A stretch of DNA of 64,000 nt, taken from the NCBI GenBank assembly GCA_024401745.1, contig JAKSKK010000003.1, forward strand, positions 2,287-66,286. The letters run 5' to 3'. Both the position numbers and the translations under genes were made by a program. Shown here piece after piece: positions 36,874-44,502 of the stretch. The notes beneath the pieces were generated by a model, which was not told the origin of the DNA, did no database searches, and worked only from the letters and a program-made list of their open reading frames with translations. The first letter of the stretch is position 1. Each line of letters starts with the position of its first letter. Origin of the DNA: Bacteroidales bacterium (GTDB lineage Bacteria; Bacteroidota; Bacteroidia; Bacteroidales; UBA932).

Positions 36874-37350
36874 ATGGCACAGGAAATCGAGAAAAAGTTC
36901 CTCGTGAAGGGCGACTTCAAGGAGGCCGCCTTCAAGGCAACCCGCATCACCCAGGGTTATCTTTCATCAGTTCCCGAGCGTACCGTCCGCATCCGCGTGA
37001 AGGGCGAGAAGGGCTTCATCACCATCAAGGGAATCGGCAACGCATCAGGCGCAGCCCGTTTCGAGTGGGAGAAGGAGATTCCCGTCGAGGACGTGAAGGC
37101 GCTGCTTGAGATCGCAGAGCCCGGCGTGATCGACAAGACCCGCTACCTCGTCAAGAACACTGACGGTGTGCATACCTGGGAAGTCGACGAGTTCTACGGC
37201 GACAATGACGGTCTTACCGTTGCAGAGGTCGAGCTCGCTGACGAGAACGAGCCCTTCGACAAGCCCGAGTGGCTTGGCGAGGAGGTCACCGGCGACCCCA
37301 AGTACTTCAACTCAATGCTCATGAAGAACCCTTATAAGAACTGGAAATAA
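36874..37350 (+). CDS. CYTH (triphosphate tunnel metalloenzyme) protein
   Basis: EIEKKFLV (ExExK), ITQGYL, TVRIR, ITIKG, RFEWE, IDKTRY, WEVDEF.G.N.GL.VAEVEL, WLGEEVTGD..YFN. Confidence 0.93.
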   Translation: MAQEIEKKFLVKGDFKEAAFKATRITQGYLSSVPERTVRIRVKGEKGFITIKGIGNASGAARFEWEKEIPVEDVKALLEIAEPGVIDKTRYLVKNTDGVHTWEVDEFYGDNDGLTVAEVELADENEPFDKPEWLGEEVTGDPKYFNSMLMKNPYKNWK

Positions 37351-38954
37351 TGGCTGATCAGAAGACGATGGGAGCGGGATTCGACCCGCTTGACATGAAT
37401 AACTACCGTATCGAGAAGCTGCCCAAGATGCAGAAGTCGAAGTTCGAGACGTGGATGGCACGCCTCGGCGGTCCCATTGCTCTCTTAGTCTTCATCTGGA
37501 TCAACTGGTTCAGTCACATTGGGTTCATCGACAACCTGAATCCCGACGGCCTGGCCGCCACAGCTGCAAAGCGCCTTGGCGTGCTGGGCCCCGAAGGGTT
37601 CATCAGAGCCTGCTACTCCATGCTTGCCATCTTCGTGGCGAGCCTCATTCTCTGGATGACCGAGGCCATTCCAAACTATCTGACCTCTCTGCTCGTCATC
37701 CTCGGCATAGTCCTCTTCAACGTCACCACGCAGAAGGAGGCCCTTGCCCAGCTCGGCCACCCTGTCATGTGGCTGAACATCCTCAGCTTCGTCCTGGCCA
37801 GCATGCTGGTCAAGACCCAGTTCGCCAAGCGCCTGGCGCTGGCCTTCGTCATAAAGTTCGGCAAGAGCGCCAAGGGAGTTCTCTGGAGCTTCCTTGTGAT
37901 CAACCTCGTGCTGTCTGCCTTCATCTCCGCCACCACGGTGAAGGCTACCATAATGCTCCCTATCTTCATGGTGGTATGCGCCATCTACGGTGCCTCTGAC
38001 GGCAACCGCAACAACTTCGGCCGCAACCTCGTAATTCAGAATCTGTTCCAGGTGAACATCGGCGCCAATGCGTTCTACACCGGTTCCGGTGCACACCTGC
38101 TTGCAATATCCCTTATCCTCGGTTACCTCGGATCCTGCAACTTCGGCTACTCGCAGTGGCTCGTTGCCGTCGGTCCCATGAGCGTGCTCATCCTCATAGT
38201 CGGCCTGCTGCTCGGCATGTACGTGTTCTTCCCCATGAAAAAGGAAGAGCAGAAGCCTCAGATCGAGGGCGGCCTCGACCGCCTCAAGACAGAGCTAGAC
38301 GCCATGGGCAGGATGAAGCCCGAGGAATGGAAGGCAGTCGCAATCTTCATGCTCGTGCTCATCCTCTGGGTGACCAAGGGCACCTTCCATGACATTGATG
38401 AAACTATCGTAGCGCTGATAGGCGCCATCCTGGCTTTGATGCCTAAAATTGGTGTGGTAAAATGGAATGACGTAGACATTCCTTGGCATCTGATGCTGTT
38501 CTCGGCTGGCGCCTATACGCTCGGTAGCGGTCTGAATGCGACCGACCTCCCCAACACCATGGTGAATGCCGCGTTCGACGCCATGGGAATCACCTCCAGC
38601 ACGCCTTACTGGGTGCTCTACATGATTCTCACCTTCCTCATGATGTACTCCGGCCTCGTGTTCCAGAGCAAGACCATACGTACCATGGTGTTCGTGCCCA
38701 TCGCCCTGGGCGTTGAGACCCGTTTCGGCTTCCCGCCCATGAGCATCGCCCTTCCCGTCTCCATGCTCATCGAGCACGTATACGTACTGCCGTTCAACAG
38801 CAAGCCCGCGGCTTTGCTCTACAATACCAACATGTACAGCCAGACTGATGCGTTCAAGTACGGCATCACCATGATGACCATCTCCTGGCTTCTGATTCTG
38901 CTATGGGGAGGCACCGTCCTCAAATGGATGGGCGTGACTCCCGGTCTGTTCTGA
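37350..38954 (+). CDS. DASS/SLC13 family anion permease
   Basis: LWMTEAIP, AKRLAL, SAFISAT, W.DVDIPW....F, LPFNSKPAA; multiple TM segments. Confidence 0.88.
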   Translation: MADQKTMGAGFDPLDMNNYRIEKLPKMQKSKFETWMARLGGPIALLVFIWINWFSHIGFIDNLNPDGLAATAAKRLGVLGPEGFIRACYSMLAIFVASLILWMTEAIPNYLTSLLVILGIVLFNVTTQKEALAQLGHPVMWLNILSFVLASMLVKTQFAKRLALAFVIKFGKSAKGVLWSFLVINLVLSAFISATTVKATIMLPIFMVVCAIYGASDGNRNNFGRNLVIQNLFQVNIGANAFYTGSGAHLLAISLILGYLGSCNFGYSQWLVAVGPMSVLILIVGLLLGMYVFFPMKKEEQKPQIEGGLDRLKTELDAMGRMKPEEWKAVAIFMLVLILWVTKGTFHDIDETIVALIGAILALMPKIGVVKWNDVDIPWHLMLFSAGAYTLGSGLNATDLPNTMVNAAFDAMGITSSTPYWVLYMILTFLMMYSGLVFQSKTIRTMVFVPIALGVETRFGFPPMSIALPVSMLIEHVYVLPFNSKPAALLYNTNMYSQTDAFKYGITMMTISWLLILLWGGTVLKWMGVTPGLF

Positions 38955-40330
38955 TGATAGAGGTAAACACAAGGATACACGACCGCTACTCCGTCGAGTT
39001 CAAGATGGGTTTTGTGGCAGACAGCCAGCCTGAGGAAAGCAATTTCAAGGTCGGCATGTGGATTTTTGTGCCCTCCTCGCTGGACATAACCCCGGCATCC
39101 TTCACACACGCCGAGTTCTCTCGCAGCGTCAAGTCGAACATCCGCCTCATAACCCCGCAGTTCCGGCTGTGCGACATAGTCGGCGGCGAGGCCGTGCCCC
39201 TGAACAACGTCAGCAACGCTGCCGACGCCGACCACGAATACCAGATGAAGCTTTTCTGCGCCATTGTCAAGAGTTCGATGAGGGCCCAGCGCATGCAGGT
39301 GCTTGAGGCGTCCGGAAACGAACGCAAGGCTCTCTGCGAGGCATTTGTGGCCGATGTCCGCGCCATCCTTGCCGCAGTCGACGGCATGCGTACATCCGAG
39401 ATCGGGCTCAGACACAAGGAATGCCATGAATACTGCGGCGAGTTCCTGCTGAATGCGGTGGCGCAGAACTGCGTCGCCATCTACGCAGAAGGCAAGGACC
39501 CTTACGTCGCCGGCCTCCTGCGCGAGGTTGACGGCCGCCGCGAAGCCTGTGGGTATCCCAAGATAAGCGCAGACGACGACAATGCCGCTTTCCTGCATCG
39601 TCGTGGCGTGCTCAAGAAATACGTAGAAAGCCTGCTCTACCTACGCGTTCCCAAGAAACGCGATGGTGTGGTGGTGGAGCAGGCCTACTACAGTCTTGCC
39701 GCCGGTCTGGCGATGATCTTCGCGACCTTGGTCGCATGGGCCTTCCAGCGGCATTTCGGCAACCTCACATGGCCGCTGTTCATCGCGCTGATCATCAGCT
39801 ACATGCTGAAGGACCGCATAAAGGAGCTCATGCGCTTCTGGTTCGCGCACAGACTTGGCGACAGATACTACGACAACAAGGCCAAGATAAGCATACACGA
39901 CACCGAGATAGGAGAACTCAAGGAGGCGGTGGACTTCATCCCCAAGAACAAGATTCCCGCTGAGGTGGATGCCCTCCGCGGAAGTTCCCATCTTTTCTCG
40001 GCCGAGAACCATTTCACCGACGAGAACGTCCTCCTCTACCGCAAGAAGGTCAAGCTTGACCGCGCCCGCATGGAAGCGGTGAGCACCTACCGCTTCAGCG
40101 GTGTGAACGACATAATACGTCTGCAGGTGCGTCCTTTCCTCAGAAAGATGGACGACCCCGAGCAGACCTTCTACCTGCTTGACGGGCAGGATGAACTGCA
40201 GGCCGTGCCCTGCAGCAAGGAATATCATGTGAACATCGTGCTCCAGTACAGGTACGGCGATGTTACGGAATATAAGCGCTTCAGACTCAAACTCGACCGC
40301 GACGGCATCAAGGGACTTGAAGAGATATGA
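38954..40330 (+). CDS. Hypothetical membrane protein (central TM hairpin)
   Basis: ATG 38954 overlaps the DASS stop; TM pair YSLAAGLAMIFATLVAW..PLFIALIISYM. Confidence 0.7.
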   Translation: MIEVNTRIHDRYSVEFKMGFVADSQPEESNFKVGMWIFVPSSLDITPASFTHAEFSRSVKSNIRLITPQFRLCDIVGGEAVPLNNVSNAADADHEYQMKLFCAIVKSSMRAQRMQVLEASGNERKALCEAFVADVRAILAAVDGMRTSEIGLRHKECHEYCGEFLLNAVAQNCVAIYAEGKDPYVAGLLREVDGRREACGYPKISADDDNAAFLHRRGVLKKYVESLLYLRVPKKRDGVVVEQAYYSLAAGLAMIFATLVAWAFQRHFGNLTWPLFIALIISYMLKDRIKELMRFWFAHRLGDRYYDNKAKISIHDTEIGELKEAVDFIPKNKIPAEVDALRGSSHLFSAENHFTDENVLLYRKKVKLDRARMEAVSTYRFSGVNDIIRLQVRPFLRKMDDPEQTFYLLDGQDELQAVPCSKEYHVNIVLQYRYGDVTEYKRFRLKLDRDGIKGLEEI

Positions 40331-41949
40331 AGCTGACAGACAGATTATTACGTGTTCTGCTACTGCTCTGCCTGGCGGTATCCTGTGAAAAGGAGCCCGC
40401 CGAGAAGCAGGAGACTGTAAATGAAGACGTGACCATTTTCGGAGAGGTGACTTCCGATGGCAAAGGAATAAATGGTGTGGTAATTTCCGATGGCATCGAG
40501 GTCACCTTGACCGATAAGGATGGCAGGTATGCGCTCAAGTCCGACAAGTCACAGGGCAGCGTGTTCATGTCCGTTCCCTCAGGATACGAGCCTCTCAGCG
40601 ACGGCGTCCTCCCGAAATTCTTCGCCCGCCTTACCCGCCGGCCCAATGAGCTGGAGCGGGTCGACTTCAAGCTCGTCCCGGCTGACCAGAGCAGCTACAG
40701 GATGCTGGCGTTCGGCGACATGCATCTTGCCGGCCGCAGCTTCTGCAGCGACATCTCCCAGTTCCGAGAGTTCGCTTCGGAGGTGAACGAGCTCGTCGCC
40801 TCGTCCGACGTACCGGTGTATGCGCTGACGCTCGGCGACATGACCTGGGACCTTTTCTGGGAGTCCAACAACTATGGCCTGGAGGAGTACAGGCGTGAGA
40901 TTCAGCGAGATTTTTCAGGTTTTCAGATATATCACTCGATGGGCAACCACGACAACGACCCTTCCTTCGTGGGGGACGCCGCGGCCGAGAGCACCTACGA
41001 GCAGATGCTGTGCCCCAACCACTACAGCTTCAACGTGGGCGGGGAGCACTACATAGTGCTTGACGATGTGCAGTATAACAACACCAGCCAGGGCCAGCGC
41101 AGCTTCCTCCCGCAGATCAGCAAGGAGCAGCTCGCCTGGCTGAAGAAGGACCTCGAGCAAGTCGACAGGTCCACTCCCGTGCTGGTGGCGATGCACGTGC
41201 CCCTCTACCGCAACGATGCCAGCAGCTATATCTACAACTTCAGCGAAGTCATCAGGTGCTTCAGCGGCTTCGACTACGTGCAGTTCCTCACCGGGCACAC
41301 CCACGTGGTGTACAACGTGGACATGCTGTCGCGCAGCATACACATCTTCGAGAACAACTCGGGTGCGGTCTGCGGAGCGTGGTGGATGACCGACACGGCC
41401 TGCAAGGCAGGGATGAATCTCTGCTCCGACGGTGCCCCGGGCGGCTATCGCGTACTCGACGTCGACGGCACCGGCATTTCCTGGAGGTACAAGGGTACCG
41501 GCTGCGCCGACGATTTCCAGTTCAGGACCTACGACCGCAACCAGATATGCATGGACGTTGACGGATGGGTGCCTCACGCCACCGACGACGACAAGGCCAC
41601 CTTCACGCATTCAGTGGGCAGCTATGGTCAGAAATCCACGGCGAACCAGGTGCTCATCAACGTTTGGGACTACGACCCGTCCTGGAAGATCTCAGTTTCG
41701 GAGAATGGCAGGCAGCTCGATGTCAGGCAGCTGAAGAATGTCAAGGACCCTCTCTACCTGGCGGCATACGAGGCCTACGAATACGAGCACGGCTATTCTG
41801 TCAGCTATCCCTGCGGCACTACGGACCACATCTTCAGCGTCACCGCCTCGTCGCCGACCTCCACTCTGGAAATAAAGGTGACCGACCGCTTCGGCCGCGT
41901 CTACACCCAGCAGATGACCCGGCCCCAGGCCTTCTACGAGCCCCGCTGA
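40327..41949 (+). CDS. Calcineurin-like metallophosphoesterase lipoprotein
   Basis: Lipobox AVSC; GVVISDG, DMH, GDMTWD, GNHD, MHVP, GHTH, GAVCGAWW, DGAPGGY. Confidence 0.9.
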   Translation: MKLTDRLLRVLLLLCLAVSCEKEPAEKQETVNEDVTIFGEVTSDGKGINGVVISDGIEVTLTDKDGRYALKSDKSQGSVFMSVPSGYEPLSDGVLPKFFARLTRRPNELERVDFKLVPADQSSYRMLAFGDMHLAGRSFCSDISQFREFASEVNELVASSDVPVYALTLGDMTWDLFWESNNYGLEEYRREIQRDFSGFQIYHSMGNHDNDPSFVGDAAAESTYEQMLCPNHYSFNVGGEHYIVLDDVQYNNTSQGQRSFLPQISKEQLAWLKKDLEQVDRSTPVLVAMHVPLYRNDASSYIYNFSEVIRCFSGFDYVQFLTGHTHVVYNVDMLSRSIHIFENNSGAVCGAWWMTDTACKAGMNLCSDGAPGGYRVLDVDGTGISWRYKGTGCADDFQFRTYDRNQICMDVDGWVPHATDDDKATFTHSVGSYGQKSTANQVLINVWDYDPSWKISVSENGRQLDVRQLKNVKDPLYLAAYEAYEYEHGYSVSYPCGTTDHIFSVTASSPTSTLEIKVTDRFGRVYTQQMTRPQAFYEPR

Positions 41950-41952
41950 CGA

Positions 41953-42603
41953 TCAATGCGCGATCATCCTTTCGACGGGGGTGACGGGGATGGACGGCAC
42001 GGGCTGGTAGGTCCGGCCGAAGCTGCTCTGTGACATCTTCTTCTGTAGTTCAGACCAGTCCACCATGACTTGCCTGTATGTTCCGGTAGCTGCATCGTAT
42101 TCAGTTTCAATGCATTTTGGGAACTGCTCAGAGGTGTAGGGATTGTCGTATGGTGCCATTCCCGGAGTCTTGGCGTAAATGAACGGGAATGAATGGTTCA
42201 TGAGAGGAACATAGCCTTCCGGGAAGGCGTATTGATTGGACAGGAACAGCTTTGCCACAAAGATCACGGGCATCCACTGCTTCGGAATCTTTGGTGTCCT
42301 GTGCCAATACAGGTTCTGGTCGACCGAGAGCATGACTGCATCGTAAGTCTGCCGGTTGATGCGTGCGGCGCGCTGTTCCTTGGTCTCGAAGACAGGCATC
42401 AGCAATGTCGGGCTGGCCTGCATCATCTGGAAGCGTGGGAATGCCGGCATGGGCATGACGTCAGGCTTCGCAGACGGGTTCACAGACAATGAATCCAACC
42501 GCAGGTCCGGTCCGTCAAGTACGGTGACAGGATAGTCCTGCGCCTTCATCTCCAATATGCAAAGGCACAGCAGCACAGCAGATATGCACAGTCGCTTAAG
42601 CAT
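41953..42603 (-). CDS. Hypothetical exported protein
   Basis: Signal peptide MLKRLCISAVLLCLCILEMKA; overlaps the end of the HTH gene. Confidence 0.65.
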   Translation of the reverse strand: MLKRLCISAVLLCLCILEMKAQDYPVTVLDGPDLRLDSLSVNPSAKPDVMPMPAFPRFQMMQASPTLLMPVFETKEQRAARINRQTYDAVMLSVDQNLYWHRTPKIPKQWMPVIFVAKLFLSNQYAFPEGYVPLMNHSFPFIYAKTPGMAPYDNPYTSEQFPKCIETEYDAATGTYRQVMVDWSELQKKMSQSSFGRTYQPVPSIPVTPVERMIAH

Positions 42604-42838
42604 CTTCTTCGTCTTCCAGAACTTGTATTCCTTCCGGATCCGGCTCGTAATCAAGGATATCACCAGGCTTGCAGTCCAGAACCCTGCAGATGGCATTGAG
42701 CGTAGTGAAACGGATGGCCCTCGCCTTGCCTGTCTTGAGGATGGACAGGTTCGTCAGGTTTACGTCCACTTTTTCCGACAACTCGCTCAGAGTCATCCGC
42801 CTGGTTGCTAGTACTATGTCAAGGTTTATGGTTATCAT
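42596..42838 (-). CDS. XRE/Cro HTH repressor, YozG-like
   Basis: NLSILKTGKARAIRFTTL..IC..LDCKPGDIL. Confidence 0.9.
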   Translation of the reverse strand: MITINLDIVLATRRMTLSELSEKVDVNLTNLSILKTGKARAIRFTTLNAICRVLDCKPGDILDYEPDPEGIQVLEDEEDA

Positions 42839-43311
42839 ATAGCGAGATTGCTGTCTTCCATGGCAAGGGATGCCTGTTTGTAAAGAAGTCCGAAGATGAC
42901 GATGATAAGAGGAATGAATATGCAGTTGCTGTCAAGGACAGAGCATTCGACTCCTTTCATGACATCATTGACATTGGCCTTGAAGAATAGCGTAACCCCG
43001 ACCATTATGGCAGTCAGGATAATCAGGATGAAATTCCTGGAAGGAAAGAGATTCCCGGACTTCAAGCCTTTAAGTATGTTCACCTCGATGGCTGCACATA
43101 GGGCGAACGTGGCAGTTGCTCCTAAGACATAACCGATCAGAACGGTGATCTGCCAAGGTTTTTGCACTGTGCTCCAGATAATCCTATCGGGCGCATCGTT
43201 GAACCATAAACAGCAGATAGTTCTATAGTAAACAAAGAACAGGTATAAGGCTCCGATGGCAAGTGCAATAAGGCTGATGGTTTTGATTCCCTTTTGATTT
43301 GAAAGTTTCAT
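42835..43311 (-). CDS. DUF2975-like membrane protein
   Basis: 4 TM segments, G.LF...N, C-terminal ..A..MEDSNLAI, overlapping a YozG-like gene (typical pair). Confidence 0.75.
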   Translation of the reverse strand: MKLSNQKGIKTISLIALAIGALYLFFVYYRTICCLWFNDAPDRIIWSTVQKPWQITVLIGYVLGATATFALCAAIEVNILKGLKSGNLFPSRNFILIILTAIMVGVTLFFKANVNDVMKGVECSVLDSNCIFIPLIIVIFGLLYKQASLAMEDSNLAI

Positions 43312-43327
43312 ATTGATTTTTTCAAAG

Positions 43328-43383
43328 CAAAGGTAATGCCAATTTTGCGAAAAACAATAAACTATTTTGCGAATATCAATAAA
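43328..43383 (-). promoter_or_regulatory. Promoter TACCTTTG with two tandem operator boxes at 22-bp period
   Basis: ATTTTGCGAAAAACAATAAA (43342) and ATTTTGCGAATATCAATAAA (43364). Confidence 0.65.
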
Positions 43384-43422
43384 TTCATGGTCTCCATTGA
43401 AATCAAGGAGGGCACTTTTGCT

Positions 43423-43514
43423 GAGTTTGGGCTGAAAACAATGGGGTTTTCAGTCGAAACCCCTTGTCGAAGGGGGGAGTCGGCTGGAAATCCCGGGAAA
43501 TTCAGCCGAGTCTC
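43423..43514. repeat. Cluster of three palindromes (REP-like) upstream of the RAYT gene
   Basis: GGCTGAAAAC/GTTTTCAGTC, CCCCTT/AAGGGG, TCGGCTG/CAGCCGA; hairpins 1 and 3 share GAGT..GGCTG.AAA...TTCAG.CGA. Confidence 0.6.
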
Positions 43515-43605
43515 GTCACAAAAAAGAAAAATACTTGAAAATGTGGCGAATGCTTTTGCTCAATCAGAATGCCAAAAGTATATTTGAATCAAAACCGAAA
43601 CGTCT

Positions 43606-44484
43606 ATGAACAACTCTCATTATTATCATTGCGCCACCAATGGCCTTAAGGACGACGTCCTGTTTCCGTCAGTAAAATCTTTTATAGCGGGAATGAATAG
43701 AATCGCAACCTGTTTTGTCAAATCGCAGAAATCATTTCCAGTATTGATTTTCGCCTTCTGCCTGATGGACAACCATGTTCATTTCATTCTCTATGGAACT
43801 AAAGAAAATTGCCTGAAGTTCATGACAGCTTATAAGACTTCAACTGAAATTTGGTTTTCAAGACACCCCGAGGAAGGATCTGGAGGTAAGAAATGGGACA
43901 TTGGAACTTGGTTGATACCTGATAGAAACGCCTTGATTGAAAAGATAATCTATGTTCTGAGAAATCCTATGGCCGCCGCTCTGCCTTTCAGCCCAACAGG
44001 TTACAGATGGAGTTCGGGCTCTTTGCAGTTCACCGACAACTCATTAGTGAAAAAGTACGCCGTAAGGCTGGATTCGATGAGCCTGTTTGAACAAAGATCA
44101 GTCTTGAACTCTCACGAATCTTTGCCACAGGACTGGCTCGTTCTCCCTGATGGAACAATATGGCCAGGATGTTACACTGAATACGAACGTGTGGAACGGC
44201 TCTTCAGGACAGCCGCTGCTTTCACTTACGAGTTGAACAAGAAAGTCGAGCCGAAAGTGAACTCTGAAATGATGGAGGACTTTGTTTCCCTTCCCGACCA
44301 GGAGGTGAAGGAAAAAGCATTGGCCGTGGCTCAATCTCTTTTCGGCAAGAATCGCATTGCCGACCTCACCGTTTCACAGCGAAGAACACTCGCCGCCGTC
44401 CTGAAGAAGGAAACAGAGACGTCAGTCAAGCAGATAGCCAGAATCGTCCGAATGAAATACGAGGACCTGAAGCTTCTGATATGA
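43606..44484 (+). mobile_element. REP-associated tyrosine transposase (RAYT, HUH Y1 family)
   Basis: YYH, AFCLMDNHVHF (HUH), YVLRNP, YRWSS, C-terminal HTH-like tail; AT-richer than flanks; TATATTTG at 43579-43586. Confidence 0.85.
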
Positions 44485-44502
44485 AGAAAATGGAGTGAAA
44501 CC

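Noticed and set aside
1924-41949. Functional link between the CotH domain and the LTD/CYTH locus (CotH-LTD-VTC type systems)
   Set aside because: They are about 30 kb apart in different operons, and no VTC or DUF4956 gene is present; nothing in the sequence ties them together.
43336-43587. 83-aa ORF upstream of the RAYT gene
   Set aside because: It spans operator boxes, palindromes and a promoter, and has no protein motif; better explained as non-coding.
43423-44484. Classical IS200/IS605 insertion sequence
   Set aside because: No tnpB and no right-end hairpin; length and motifs (Y..RNP, YRWSS) fit a RAYT.
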